Notes under the pieces: model-generated
Told to the model about the DNA's origin: nothing
Databases searched by the model: none
What the model saw: the letters and a program-made list of their open reading frames with translations, nothing else
Position numbers and translations under genes: made by a program
Assembly: GCF_036321535.1 (NCBI RefSeq)
Contig: NC_087438.1
Span: 12,464,001 to 12,528,000, forward strand
DNA from: Camelus dromedarius
Taxonomy: Eukaryota
Direction: 5' to 3'
DNA length: 64,000 bases
Shown here: piece by piece, positions 11,217 to 25,598 of the stretch
Position numbering within the stretch: the stretch's first letter is position 1
How the letters are laid out: each line of letters starts with the position of its first letter

Positions 11217-14200
11217 TTGACCAAGTTAAAAATAGATCTTTCCTTTGCCCAGGTGATCGAGGCACTGGTCGCTTCTGTGTGTGGGTAAGGCGTCTTAGGG
11301 TGCCTCATGGGGCTGTCAGGAAGCCCAGGGTACGAGCTGTAGCCCAGGAACCTGAACTGCGCTGTACGAGTCTGTGCAGTGTCTCTGCTGTAGCTTCTTT
11401 CCTGGGGTCCATCCTGCCCTCTCCCTGGCCTGAATGGTTCTTCAACTCTCAGTCCAAGGAAGTTATGTTTAGTTTAACAAATAAATCAAATGTTTTTTAA
11501 AAAAGGAGTTAGCTAAATGAAAGTCAAATGTTTTTCAAAAAATGGGTCAGAACACGTGTTCCTGGTCTCTTGCATTCTATTTTCCTTGGATCCATTTGCT
11601 GCAGCCCCAAAGAAGCCATTCTTGACCTTCCATGGGTGGCAAAGGACCACGTCTCGGTCGACATTATGCCCTCGCCCAGCTGGAGTCAGCTGGTGATCTC
11701 AGATGCATTATGAAATTAAATGCCTTCTACTCCTGAATCTTATTTTAAGGCTTCTCCGAGTCCCCTAAATTTTCTTGTCGATGACTATCAGCAGGGGTGC
11801 TGGGGTTGGGGGAGAGGAGGGGGGAGGCAGGAGGATGTTTTCAGCAGAGCAGAGCACGTGCAGTGTGACAATTACAAGACCCGCCTGTTACCTCTGCCCT
11901 GACCCTCTGGGTTCACATTCCCCTGAAGGGTCATGTACATTAACCTTAGCACAAGGCCAATTCTGGATGCCAAGAGTCAGCTACTTTGTAGCTTCTGCTG
12001 CCAGAAAAAAAATTTTTTTTTCTTCAACAAAAATGTGAAAATGGTGGCCTCTCATTTTGTGAAGATAATTCACTTTTGACAGTATTAACGCAATGGCTCT
12101 GGTTGGTCCAAGTTGATGAGAGCTTTGGAGTTCATTCCTGTCTGCTTTGACTGCACTGCCTCCTAGTGGCTACTTTTATAACCAGGTTCTCACGGTTGAC
12201 CACTAGGAATGCATTTTGAACAAACTTGTTTTTTCTAAAGTGGGTCTGTGTTTTGTTTCTTTTTTCTTTTCTTACTAAAGTTCACTTCAATACATGACCA
12301 GATTGTGGATATGTGTAATCCTCTAATTGTTCACATGAAATTCTCTACAAGTCCCCTCTTCCTAGTTCAGGAAAGAGGGCAGAGGTGTAAGGAAACAGGC
12401 ACCGAAGGAAATGACCATAAGGTCTTCTGACCTGTGGCTGGTACATGATATATGGATCTAGAGAAGTAAAATGCTGAAAAAAACGGCTATAGTGGGGCTT
12501 TAAAACTGAGATTATCATGGCTAAACAATTTTAAAAGCAGGATAAAGATATGAATCTGTTTAGCCAGAGTCTAACCTCTGTTTTTGCCAGAGGGCTTGTG
12601 ACAAAGTGCATGGCGAGGAAACAGCAGGTCCCCAGGTAAAGGTGACTTTCTTGCTGCTTTGCATAAAGATATTCTGCCTGTGATTTTGTCCCCATTTACT
12701 CAGCTAAGACTCGGATCTCCGGCTGCCCTGCGTGCTCCCTCTCCTTCTGGTCCATAATTGGGGTGGAGGTGAAGGCGCTGGCTTCACTTCCTTGATCTGT
12801 AGCTTCCAGGAGACAGCCTGGCAGTGAAATCAAAGGATTCAAGTAAGGATTGTCTCATACAGGAAACAGATTTGGGGAGTTCTCAAGGCTTGTGTAAGTA
12901 ATTGTAAAGGTATCACAGAGATGCCCAGACGTTGAGATTTTATAAACAAGCCAAATAGGAAAGAAAGTTGTAAATGGGAGATTAAAAAAGATGGCTAATT
13001 AAAAAAATCATTCCCCAGCCAAAGTCATTAAAAGTGAGAATTAAACAGCTACTATCAACATTAGTTTATAAAAGAAATGACAGCTTAATTTAATACAAAA
13101 GATAAGACTTTATAGATTATAGAAGGAGGTTTCTTCCAGGGGAAGATGTGTTTTTTGTATGTTACATCTGTGTGTATGTGTATTACATATTTCAGGGCAG
13201 CATGGTTACTAACGCTCTGTCAGACTGTCATTAAAATCAGAAAACTTAAATGCTGGTGCTGGTCATACCTTTTCTTTAGGTTTTCTCATTCTTGAAATAT
13301 ACTGTTTGTTTAAAGCATGCATACAAGTTTATGTATTGAAATATATTTGTAAAAATCCAAGATGTTTCCAATTTGTAATATTTCCTTGGAATACTCATAC
13401 TTAGGTCTCTTGAAATGAATTGAGTCTCTTAGTTCTCCATGTGAAGCAAAAGAAACAAAAAAAAGGTTATCTGTAATGTTGTGATTTGTACATAAGTTTT
13501 TTAAGGAGGGCATTTGCATTATAAATTTTTTCATTTATAAATACATAAGGGAAGCAAAGGTTTGTGTCCTGTCCTTCACTGGTTTGCTCTTAAAAAGACT
13601 AATAAATGTGTGTCTGTGGACTGGCTTTTGGGGATGGGGTGGGAACTTTGCCCCGAATTCTGAGACTCTCTGGCATGATTTGGAGAACACCTCCACTATG
13701 CGATTTCTTTGAAATTAGGATTCAGGACCCATTTTCAGGGCCAAAGCATCCCTGAACATGGCACTCTTACCTGTGGGAATGCACACTCTCAAAAAGGAAA
13801 TTCACAGATTTACATCAGCTTAGAGCCAAATGGACCTAAAATCACATAGCTTAATTTCCCCATATTACAAAGTCAGTAATTCACCTAAAAGAGGCTAAAG
13901 ACAAGCAGAAATTCACCAAAATGCTCTCTGGAGAGGCGGGCCCTACCCCATACGCACCACCCCGCCTGACACTGCAGCCTTGAACACCGCCCACCTCCAG
14001 ATGGTGGGTCCCTGGGCTGGGGTCTTCTGACACTTACTTTCATCCCTCACCCCCACCCCCTGAGGTATATATCCTTTACCTACTAGTACCTGTGAGCTGA
14101 AGAAAAGCCAACATCAGAGGCCCTTCTTGGCAGCCTTTGCTTGCTGGGCTTGGATCTGTTATTTTATATTCCAAGCTTTCTCTTATCCATGCTTAATCTT

Positions 14201-14504
14201 CTTGTTCTTTCTTTAAAGCCATCATTTTACAAATATCCAATTGTTATTTTTTTTTTTCAAACTTAGTTTTCCTTTCCCATGTATTGTTCCTGATGGTCTA
14301 CAGTATCCTAGCGTCCAGTGGCCAGTGAACACCTGCACCATTGATGCGTTTTCCTATTCTGTGCAATTTTCAGAATCTGGGCACTGTGTACGCTTACATT
14401 TTTGTTGGCTGTGTATCTTCCTGTTCGCCTTGTCTTATGTTCCCAAGCTTTGAATTAGTCGTGTATTGCAACTATTTAACTCAATTTGTTGGTTTTGATG
14501 ATAT

Positions 14505-14968
14505 CTCAGTTAAGTAATTCCCGCTTCCTACCCTCCCCAAAAGAAATGTGCACGTCCTAATCCCTGGGACATATGAACGCTACGTTTTTTTTTTTGGAAA
14601 AGTGGACTTTGCAGATCTAATTAGGTTAAGGGTCTTCCAATGGGAAGACCGTCTTGGATTATCTCACTGGGTTCTAAATCCAATGACAAGAGTCCTTGTA
14701 AAAGACACACAAGGGAGAGACACACGGAGAAGGTGATGTGAAGATGAAGGCAGAGACTGGAGGGTTACTGCCACACGCTGGGGAATGCTGGCAGCTCCCA
14801 GAGGCTGGAAGAGACAAGGAAAGGATTCTCCTCTAGAGCCTTCATGGGGCTCTGCCAACACCTTGATTTTGCACTTCTGGCCTCCAGGACTGGGAGAGAA
14901 TGCCTTTCTGTTGTTTTAAGCCACCAAGTTTGTGGTCACTTGTTAAAGTAGTTACAGAAACGAATATA
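14505..14968 (+). mobile_element. MaLR solo LTR (MLT1C/D-like)
   Basis: gtcctaatccctgg...gactttgcagat..aatta.gttaagg...aaggattctcctctagagcct...ttctgttgttttaagccaccaagtttgtgg. Confidence 0.9.
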
Positions 14969-15329
14969 GTCCCCAATATTCTAAGCCTATGTTTGACACA
15001 CTTCCTGTACAGTGCTAGTCATTCACTATTTCCACATTTAATGTAAATTTTCAACTGTCAGTGTTTTGCTATACCTTTTAGGTCATTGATCTCAGTCATT
15101 TGTGTATTCTAATCATACTTTGTATGTGTCAATTTATGAACTGTGTCTAGAATTGCAGGCTTCAGCTTCTCTCTCCCAGTCAACAGAAAATAAATTAGTT
15201 TATTTTCGAATCCATAAGTTTTGGAGCAAAAGCCTGGAACACTTATATGGAGTTGAATGGTTTGGCATCCTAAAAGGAAATATGCATCATGTAAACGTAT
15301 TTGTGAGTAGTTACCCTGATTACACTCTT

Positions 15330-15575
15330 ATAGCAGTTGGAGTGTGGTTTGGAGCTTGACTTCTTGGGCTGGAACCCAGCTTTCCCAATCAATGGTGGGC
15401 AAGTTGTTAATCTTTTCTGGGCCTTGGTTTCCTCATCTGTGAAATGGGTATGACCACGGGTATAAAATGGGTACCAACTGGATTTTGGTGAGGATTAAAT
15501 GAGGAAAATATGGGTAAAGTTCTTAGAACCCTGCCAGGGGCATGCTGAGAACCACAGGACTCTTAACTATTATTC
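15330..15575 (+). mobile_element. MIR SINE
   Basis: gggcaagttgttaatcttttctgggccttggtttcctcatctgtgaaatggg...gtgaggattaaatgag. Confidence 0.85.
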
Positions 15576-15730
15576 ATGCATTTACAACTTAAACTTCCAA
15601 TTCGTTGAGAGCACGTCAAAAATGGGAAAAGACTGAGTTCTCAGAACCTTAAATTATTCCTTTGGGCTAAGAGCATCAAGAAAGTACTCCTAGGTCTATA
15701 ACTCTGTGTGACCCCAAAAATAAAGATCTT

Positions 15731-15905
15731 CTTTTTAACTTTTCTTTCTTTCTTTTTTTAAGTGTTTTTTTTTGGGGGGGGAGGTAATTAGGTTTGTTTG
15801 TTTGTTTGTTTATTTATTTATTTTTTGATGGAGGTAACTGGGGATTGAAACTGGGACCTTGTGCATGCTAAGCACACACTCTACCACTAAGCTATACCCT
15901 ACCCC
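15731..15905 (-). mobile_element. Camelid tRNA-derived SINE (vic-1 type)
   Basis: Minus strand: ggggtagggtatagcttagtggtagagtgtgtgcttagcatgcacaaggtcccagtttcaatcccc (Pol III A and B boxes), then ...acctaattacctcccccc and an A-rich tail. Confidence 0.9.
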
Positions 15906-16069
15906 CAACCCTGAAAATAAGATTTTAAGCAGAATATACTTGTCTAGGGACAAACAAGGAATGATATAGTCATAAAACTCAGTATTATTGTGCTAAATGC
16001 TCAGTAGCTGTATTCGCCAGACAGTGTAATGACAAATGCCCTCCCTTGTTGAACCAGCCAGCCTGTTTC

Positions 16070-16630
16070 TTTTTTTTTAATTATTTTTTAAAAATTTTTT
16101 TAATTTTTTAAATTAAGCTTTTTATTTTGAGAAAATTGTAGGCTTACATGCAGCTGTAAGAAAAATACAAAGAAATCCCATGTACCCTTTACCCAGTTTC
16201 CCCCAATGGTAACTTCTTACAAAACCATAGCACAATAATGCAACCAGAATGTCGACACTGAGACAGTCAAGATGCAGAACGTCTCCATCACCTCAGGGTC
16301 CCTCAGGTGGCCCTTCTGTGGTCACGCCCACTTCCTGCCATCTCCCCACCCCTTCCTGGACCCCTGACAAACACTAATATGTTCTCTATTTTCATAATTT
16401 TTAAATTCAAGGAATGATATATAAATGGACTCGTGCCATATACAGCCTTTGAGGATGGGCTTTTTTCACTCAGTGCAATCAGAGAATCATCTACGGTGTT
16501 CATGTATCAGTAATTGTCCTTTTTATCGCTCAGCAGTACTCCAGGGCATGGACGTGCCATATCGTGTTCCATTATTCACCCACTGAAGGAGGTCTGGGTG
16601 GCTTCCAGCTGTCTGTGAGCGGAGCTGTGG
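16070..16630 (-). mobile_element. Old L1 (L1MC/MD-like) 3' UTR
   Basis: cccatgtacccttt.acccagtttcccccaatggtaac...aatgatatataaatgga..gcttttttcactcag...attcacccactgaagga. Confidence 0.85.
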
Positions 16631-17957
16631 GCAAGTGGGCTTCACAATGCTGTCAAACTAAAATTTTGGCTGTGCCTTTTCATTAGGGAGCCATTTCTCC
16701 AGAGAAGCCTCCAATCTTCTATGGGGTTGGAGGGTACTTTCTGGCTGCAGGAAAATACAGGCACTGAGCTCTGGGAAGTGTTTCTGGCATCCGGTTGTAG
16801 AAAATGGGCTGAGAATTCTACCATCATTGGGCCAACTCTCAGTTCATGTGCCCGCTTTCAGGTCTGTGCCTCACCTTGTTTCTGCGCTCATCAGTAACGA
16901 TTAGGCTGGGGCCTCTTGGAGTTCTAGAGCGTCTTTCCAGTCAGGGCTGGGGGTCGGTGGTTTAGAGGTGGTTGCGTCGGATGAATGGTTGGTGAGGGGA
17001 TTGGTGGGGGGTACGTTCATTCTACACAGGGACTTTCATTCCCCCCCCCCCGCACTGCCCCTCTGCCTTTGGGGATCTGTCACCTCCAAGTCTTCCAAAG
17101 AATTACAGTTTAAACCGTTTTCTTTTTCATTAAAGGGACCACCTGAAGAAGTATTGTTGTGAATTGTGGAACTGTGATGCTTGATCTGGGTTGACAGAAT
17201 CAGCAGGAGCTGTGGGTCAGAATCTACATGACTCAGGATGCTGGCTGTTAACAAGCAAACACTGAAAGCCGTATTAAGAACACTAAGCGGTTACCAAATT
17301 GAAAGTCAGTTTGTACTCTTTGGAACATTAGAATGCATTCTTCCACACACATCAATGGGGTGTAAAAATAATTCTAATTTGGCACCAAATAGACTTCGCT
17401 CTGTTACTCTGCCCTAGGGCCAGTAGGGGGAGTTGTGCTTCCCTTTTCTTGATGCCAAGGACGCAAGTGGAGAGAACAAAATTGTTTACTGGAATGGACT
17501 TTAAACATCAGAATATCTTAGGTTAAGTAACTGGTTTTGATTGGATGTACTTAACAGTCAGAGAAATGTGTACCTTCTGAATAAAGAGGCGGTAAAGGCA
17601 GAGTGCCAGTGCCAGGGGAAGCAGCACTGGTTACTCAGTGAATACTCTCGAGCACATGCCATCCATCCCATGACGGCACTTACTTATCCACACTTTCCGT
17701 CCCTCTCCATGTAGCAGACGTCTGAGTCTCTTTACTGGACTCTAAATCTCATTTTAAACAAATGATGCCAATGCCTTCTAATGCAAGTGAGATAAAGCCT
17801 ACTTTTTTTTTTATCATGAATATTGCAGGTCAAATGAATGAATGGAAACGATCAATGACTCTAATAACTTAATCTATTGCTTAATATACATCACACCCAG
17901 GGCTAAGCATTTTATAGATATTTGTTTACTTATTCTGACAACCACCATATACGATTT

Positions 17958-18380
17958 TGTATCAGTCAATTTAGATTAAGTTATCCTGCAATAAAAAGTA
18001 GCCCCTAGATCTCAGAGGACTATGACAGCACATATTTATGTTTTATTCACATGACGTGTCCATCGTGGGGCTGTATCCCCGGGACCCAGAAGGCAGAGCA
18101 GCCTCTGCGTGGACGTTTTAGTCTCAGGTGACGGGACAGGAGAGGTGGCAAACCATAAGCTGGTTCTTAAAACTTCTGTTCACAGTCACTTCTCCCCTCC
18201 ATTCAATGGCCAAAGTAAGTCCCACGGCCCCTCCTGACCTCCCTGTGTCAGGGAGGTTTTATTCTATTTCCTGGAGACACACCTCAAATCATGTGGCCAA
18301 GTCTGATATCAGCCAGGGGGGAAGTACCATCTTGCATCCAGAAGAGCAGCAAATATTTTGAGTAATACAACCCATCGCAG
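17958..18380. mobile_element. Old MaLR LTR (MLT1K/L-like)
   Basis: tgtatcagtca...gttatcctgcaataaaa...atctcagagg...cattcaatggccaaagtaagtc.cacggcc. Confidence 0.55.
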
Positions 18381-20794
18381 ACAAAATGAAACCAGCAAAA
18401 CCAAACCAAAACATAACGTCAAGGACTTAATAAAGCAGAAATGTTAGAATCAAACCTTGTATGCCACTTTTTTTAAAACAGAGAAAGAACTAATTTTCAC
18501 CTGCATGTTATTATTTCAGGAGGTAGTTGGGAAAGGGAAAAAAAAAAGTGAAGATATTATCTTTAAGGACTAACACCAAGAGATTTCCTTACAAAAGGGC
18601 CCATCTGATGTTATTTCTACAAATTAAATTCAGGTTCTAAAAATCTAGATTTCAGACAGCTTAGGTGGTCTCAAAGGGGATCCTGTTTCACTTTGGGGAA
18701 TTCTGTAATGTTTCACATTCATCACGTGACTCTGAAACTTGCCAAATGTGCGACATAGCTGAGGCAGCGTTATCGTTTTAAGAGGAAATAATTTCACATC
18801 ACCAGAAGCATATTGTAAACTCTTGGGTACCTAGCCAGTCTTTGCATTTTATTTCCTTTCTCCTGTTGCATAAAGTCTTTTCTGTCAAGCAAATACTTAT
18901 CAAGACACATAAGTACATACCCCCCATGCTAGAAATTTTTTTCTAGTTCATTAGAATGTTCATTAAAAAGTCACCCCTTCTCTGGGTCTAGCGTTTATCA
19001 CACTACGGCAAGTAGCCAACCAGGTGCCAGTGTTTTCTTGTACAAGCCTGCCACCTTGTGGTCACTTGGAAAACCAGACTTGGCAAAACAAGTGCTCTGC
19101 AGTACTTTTCCTTCAATAAGTATTTTTTGACCTCCCAGTGTGTACCAAGCGGTGTCCTAGGTACTCAACTTATGACCGTTAATGAAATGGACAAGAATCT
19201 CTGCCCTCCTGGTGCTTACGTTTTAAAGGATAAAGACTTGCGTATGTAAGTTAAAATTTGGAAATGTGACCCCCTTTTATAACCTGTTAACCTAATATCC
19301 TATGGGCATGTGTGCCGTCTTCTCGATCACTTCTCCTGCTTTATGTGAGCTGCTTTAGGTCAGCTCTTCCCTGTCTTATTCTCTGGATCCAATACCTCTT
19401 TCCCTGTCAAAGACTCAAGGACCCTGCACCTGTAATTACCCCCCTCTCCCCTATATTCTCAATCTTCCTCCCTCTCGCACATACACATGCTCCAATAGCT
19501 GACATCAAAACAAAACAAAACAAAACAAAAAACCAAAAAAGCCCTTTCCTTAATCCCAAATGCTCTCTAGCTAATGCTGCATTTCTCTGCTTTCCATCGC
19601 AATAAAATTTTCCAAAGTTTTTAATCCCTTGTGTCCACAAGAACCTCGTCCACCTTGTTCATCGCTGAATTCTACTCCTCAGAACAGTTCCTGGCATTTA
19701 ATAGGTGCTTGATAAATGTTTAGTTTGCACATGAATTCCTTTTGCAAGAATGGTGACTCCCATCAGTCTTTGGTTTCTGGGTAAACTGGTATTTGGAAAA
19801 CAGAAGTAGACAAGGCATTAAATCGATGAGAATCACGCTTAGCCCTTGGGAAGATGCCTGAACCTCATGGCTTCCCAATTTGTAAAATGAGGAACTGGAC
19901 TACATTGGAGATGACAATTACCTATCAGTCTTGGGGTGAGATCTAATTAGTAGTGGCATCTTGGGTACAGTATTACAAAGAATGTTCTGGCTAGGAGAAG
20001 CCTGCTGTCATTGACTGATATGGATTGATCAGTGACAGCCACTGGTTGTGGCTGTGTACACTTGAGTCACGTGGTTTCCCTCCGCTCTGAAATTAAAATG
20101 ATTTAAAAAGACAGAGTCTCAAAACCTTGTTGTTTCAACTGCATTTTAGATTTGAACAAAACTTAAACCTTTGAGCAGTTCTCAACATTTAATGATAGAG
20201 TAAGAATTAGACTCAACATTACAAACGATGATCTCCAGGAATAAATCTAAGATGAGTGGAAACAGATCTAACACCTACATATTTAGCCAGAGTTCATCTG
20301 ATGTCTTATAGCACCAAGGAAAGGACTTTTACTGTATATTAAAAATGTTCCTTTCAGAAAAATGTCCTGCACTGTCTGCTGTTTATTATGCCTAGTATTT
20401 TATTTCCCTGTAAGATGTGTTATCTTCTCTTCTCTTAAGTTGGCTGGATTCATTTGCTTTCTTTGCTCCGTCTTGCTTCTTTATGAGGAGGTAATTCCAG
20501 GCCAGACTGACAAATATTTCAAGCTATATTTCAATTACAGGGACAATACATGTGAAATTAATGAGATTAAGACACAATACACCTCAGAAGGGAGGGTAAG
20601 CCCTTTTAAATGGAAATCGGGATTAAATGGAAATTTTCATCACTTTACAGTTCAGTTAGTTATAAATGTTTTGAGTGGATTAAAAAGCCATCTGAATGGA
20701 TATGAAGACTTAAAAGAATGTGTGGAGTTATCTTAGTGAAAAGAAAAGACAGTGACTGGAGATCTTAGCAGGAAGAAATTCTTAATGACCTAGA

Positions 20795-21005
20795 TCAGGT
20801 TGGGAAAATTGTAGCCCTTGGGTCAAAGCTGACTGCCAACATGTTTTTGTAAATAAAGTTTATTGGAACACGGCCCTATCCATTTGTTTTTATGTTGTAC
20901 GTGGTTGCTTTCCTGTGACAATGGCAGAGTCCCCAGTGGCAGACAGACTTGGGCTTGCAAAACCTAAAATATTTAGTATTTGGCTCTTTCTAGAGTATGA
21001 GTTTC
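20795..21005. mobile_element. MER58A hAT-Charlie MITE
   Basis: tgtttttgtaaataaagtttattggaacac.gcc...acaatggcagagt...gcaaaacctaaaatatttagtatttggctcttt. Confidence 0.85.
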
Positions 21006-23534
21006 TCCATTAGATTTTATATTTTTGAAGGGAAGGATTCTAAGTTTAACCTTGGTTTTTAATTTCTCTTAAAAAAATATCAATCCCTTTAAGATGATCA
21101 GTTAACAACAACTTTAAGAAACATAGTATAAAACATAAATTGATGCAGTGGGTGGCATTTTCTATCAGTAGTTACCTGTGTCCTTTAAGTCAACTCTGTT
21201 TTTCTTTGCCCTCAGAGAAAGTTCTGTACCTTCTGCTTCCCCATCCTCAGCTGGGCTCTGCAGGGTGTCCCACCAAGAAGGGCGCTCTGCACAGCAGGAC
21301 ATCAGGGCCATGACCTTCCAGCCTGGATGCTTCCCAGGAGCCACTTAAGGCATCTTTGAGTCCATCCAGTTGGTTGGTTGGTTGGTTGGTAACAACTGCC
21401 CTCAAGAGTCTTCCTTCCTGGTCCAGGCTGCCTCTTCCAGCCTCTGGAGCAATTTCCAGGCCCTTGGGAAGATTTTAAGCAGCTGCCAACAAGATGTAAG
21501 GTGTCTGTCGCTTGCCAGACTCCCAGGGAACCCCTTCAGGAAGAAATGGGGGTGCCCTCTATTTCAGCCAAAATATAAGCCAAGGTCTTAAGTTTAAAAG
21601 AAAACCTTAAAATACAAATATTTCTTATTATTTTTCTGCTAACACAATACTCAAGTCAATTCTTGTGCTGCAGTGTTTGCTTAAAGTTCACATCAAAATG
21701 CCTGGCTTTTAGTAAGAAGCAGCTAAGCGAGAGGGGAGGATAATTCCCTGATGGCCACCCTGAAGTCTCCTAGGAGCCTGGAGTCCCAGGTTGAAAACTT
21801 CTGCCTGAGACTGAAGTGCAGAGGTGGCATCACCGCCTGGGGTGAGGGTGGACACATATTCTGAACAGACCTCGCTCCCTTAATGGACAGTGTGCACAGT
21901 CCAGGGAGAGGGTCCCTGCTTCCTTCCTGCACCCTCCATCCACTCGGAGAATCTTCCTGTGTGCTCCAGCACAAAGATGCTGGTCTGGACCACATTATTT
22001 TTACTCTTTTCATACAAATACTTCAGCAGAATTATACTAAGATGGTTTCTGCAGTTTGCAGGTTGATATAATAAATGACCTCATGAGAGAATTTCCTTAT
22101 CTCCAGTAAAAATCATTATCGAAAAATTGTTTTTAAGAAAAACAGTATCTTTTACATAAAGGGATATAGAGATATGTTCTCCTTAAAGTTGATTGCTGGG
22201 AAGAGTTGCCCCTTCTGACGCACCTGAAATGTTTTCTGTTATGAGAAATATCAATACACCATAATATTTCGATTATTTTTCCTCTTGGCTGCCAGGAAGC
22301 TTAGAGTTAAATTCTTTGTGCAAACAGAGTGTCATACTTCAGGTTTTCCGTCAGAACTATCTGTGCCCTCCTGTCTTCCCTGATTCGGTCCTTAACTCTA
22401 ATTTTTTTATTCCTTCCTTAATGGTCCTGTTGGTGGTGCTATAAAACCAGCTTCTTTAAGACACATTTTCTGAATGTGTTTTCTGAATTGGCTGAAGGCC
22501 TTAAATCCATTTTCTTATATAATTTTCAGAACAACTCAGTGAAGCTGGTAATTTTCCCATTTTCTAGATGAAACCACTAAGGTTAAAAGGCAGGGAGGAT
22601 TGTGTTCAAACTCATAACGCTAGAAAGCGGAGGCAAAGTTAGGATTTGAAACCATTACCGTCTAAAAACTGAGCTTGTCAGCTCAGCCCCTGAGATGGAC
22701 AGTTTCCCCAAGTCATACTGCGGTGGAGTTCAACAGATGTAAAGATGGGATCAATTTTTCCATGGACGAAATGATCACAAGGATGAACAGTGAGAAGACT
22801 TTAATCTACAGAGTTGATAGTAACTTTTTCATAGGAGACTGAGACTGTTACACCAGATTAAATCCAAGCAGTGAACCAACACTGGAAAGACAGCATCTAA
22901 TCCTGTTGGTAATTAAATATATGCAACTTAAAACGTTGATGGATGGATCTCATTTCTAGAAACTGAAACTGAGGAAATATTTTAAAAGATGAGAACTATG
23001 TGTTTGAAGCTGTCATCGCAGGATTATCAGGAGTAAAAGCCAGAAAGGAGACAATAATTGTCTTCAATAGAAGATAAAATGCTTAAGCGACTTTGATTTA
23101 GCAGCAATGACGCTCTAGATGCCCATTCAAATACACCGAGGAAGACATAAAACACAATGTTTCACAGAAATCAGAACTTTGTGTTGATTATGGGTTCATT
23201 AATGCAAAAAGTAAGTTAATATCTGATGGAGTAGCAGGGACTAACTTTAGGCTAAAATCTTCTTGTTTCTGCAATCATCTCAAAAGCTTGGGATGCGGGC
23301 TGGGGTGGTCTCTTGCATTAGAAGTGGGTTGGATTAGGACCAAAAGGGAAGTGCCAGGGCTTCGACACATTCTTCATCCAAACTGAGCCACTAATTTAAA
23401 GGTGAAGAAGCAAAAAGATGCAAGAAGCAGAAGCGTAGTGTTAAAATACCGGGTGCTCGAGAGGCAGTTTCCACATAGGGACTGCCTAGCCCAGAGCCGG
23501 TTTCTGGAGCAATGTACCAAATGATATATATTCT

Positions 23535-23704
23535 TTTAAAAAAATATTATATTTATTTATTTACTATTTTATCATTTTATTTTACTTTATCTTGGTGGGG
23601 GGAGGTAATTAGGTTTATTTATTTTTAGAGGAGGTACTGGGGATTGAACCCAGGACCTCAAGCAGGGTAAGCATTGCTCTACCACTGGAGCTATACCCTC
23701 CCCT
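23535..23704 (-). mobile_element. Camelid tRNA-derived SINE (vic-1 type) with TSD
   Basis: ggggggaggtaattaggtttatt...gaggtactggggattgaacccaggacc...ctctaccactggagctataccctc; TSD ccaaatgatata(ta)ttct at 23517-23534 and 23705-23720. Confidence 0.92.
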
Positions 23705-25598
23705 CCAAATGATATATTCTGATTCCCAAAGTAATGAGTGGTCATTGCAAAAACATTCATTCAACATAGAACTTCAGAACATGGTATTAGAAAGCTGAGC
23801 AACCCTCCACACCCACCTCTGAAATGACACCGATTCCCAGTGAGAGCTACTATTAGCAGTTTGGGCTGCAGTCCTGCAGATATTTCCCATGTATTTATTT
23901 ATAATGTAACATAAGGACAATCATACTCTCTATATTGTTCAGCAGCTTACTTTAGGCACCTTAGAAGCTGTTTTTGACATCTTTCCTTTTGTTTGACTTT
24001 GATCAGATGAATATTTTAATCACTACAATGAAACTGCTTTTCTTTTTTGTTTCCTGTCCTCCAGGAATGCTGATGTTTTAAGACAGGAACCACGATTTTC
24101 TAGTTGTGTTCAATACCCTGGTCCACCACTGTGATGGTCTGCCTCATTGTCACAGATGGTTCCCCTTAAAACTACTGACACCATAGCTGGTTTTTTTTTT
24201 TTTGGGGGGGGGTGTTTCTTTGTTTTTGGATATCCTCAACTATTTATGCCAGTTTTTTCCTTAATATATTTTAAGCCTGGCTCTCTCATTTCTGACTATA
24301 CTTTTTTATGTTTGGGGAGAAGTCATTCTTTCTGACACTGAATTGGACTTATCTGAGTAGGGGATTCCTGGTCTTGAGAAGCAAGAGGATCACAGCATCT
24401 GAGCGAGAGACTTAGGGAGTCTGTCCAAAGGGCGGAGTTAGGTTGCTGTTGGAATTTGACAGTATTTGCACTTGGAGAAGTCGGCAAAGCTGCATCCCTT
24501 AATTTACAGCCCAAATGCACATCCTCAGCGGTCTCTTTGGCAACTAGCTTTTGCACTCACCAGTTTGTTTTGGCCACCATTCCTTGCACTGCAGTTAAAG
24601 TAAAAATATTTTCATGACCAGTAGGGTCTGATCAGAGAGCAGGAGCTGGTGGTAACAAGGAGCGGGGCTGGACTTAAGGTTCACACTATTTAACGCTGGA
24701 ACCTCGGTAGTCTCGTTTACCCAAAAGGGAAGCCACGTGAAAAACTGCTCTACAACATTCTTTATGCCATTGTAAAGTAACTTGTTATTTGAAGGGTTTA
24801 ACCGGTGATTATGGGGGAAGGGTAGCCAAGGAATTAAGGACTATTTTCCCAAGACTAAAGTCCCTCTGTTCTAATCCCCTGCCCTGTGTCTGTAGAAACA
24901 GGCAGGCACTGCCTGAAAAAAGCCCTCAATGGTTAGTGAGGCAAATGTCCCTGGATCACCGGTTTTATGTATTTTCTTCATAGAAAATGCTGATGAGTTG
25001 AAAAATTTCTTTGAGATTGAAAGGATTGATGGGGGTGGGATTGTGGGCGGGATTCTGGACTATGAAAGGGAGAAGGCAGTTGGGAATGAGAACTGTTTAG
25101 GTAGGGTATAATGTTGTGTTTTATCCATTTTTTATCGTGGGCAAAAATGTTCCCAGTTTGGTGCTCAGGCCAGGTTGCTCCTTCCACTTCAAATCCAAGG
25201 TTTCATGGTAAATACACGATTCCTTAGGCTTCCCAGCTATCCTGTTACAGGACATACACAGGAGGGTGAACTAGGGGACCTGCCGTTAAGCTGTTTTTTT
25301 TCCAGTCACCCAGCGTGGAGTGACAGAGTGGAATTCAGAATCCCTGATGGGAACCTTGGCCATTGCTCTGCAAGGGGGCGCCTAAATTTGTGTTCTAGTC
25401 CAGCTAGATGGCAAGAAGGGCTCAGGGTGCAACTCAGTCCCTGCTAAAAGGAAAATCACTGTGAAATCTTTGCACCTCCAGACCTGCTACTTGCTGCAGA
25501 CACCGTGTATCATGGCAAGAAGCAGTCCCCCATGCAGCGTGTGCTCTTCCAAAAAAAAAAGAATCAGGTCTTTTCCAGCCTCATGCTCTTTCAAACCA

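Noticed and set aside
10733..14968. Oppositely oriented MLT1C-like LTRs as ends of one provirus
   Set aside because: Proviral LTRs are direct repeats; these are inverted and diverged, with no MaLR internal sequence recognised between them
15840..15905. tRNA-like sequences with A/B boxes (also near 23.6, 47.8, 49.8 and 61.6 kb)
   Set aside because: They are SINE heads: diverged from each other, attached to A-rich tails, some with TSDs; not tRNA genes
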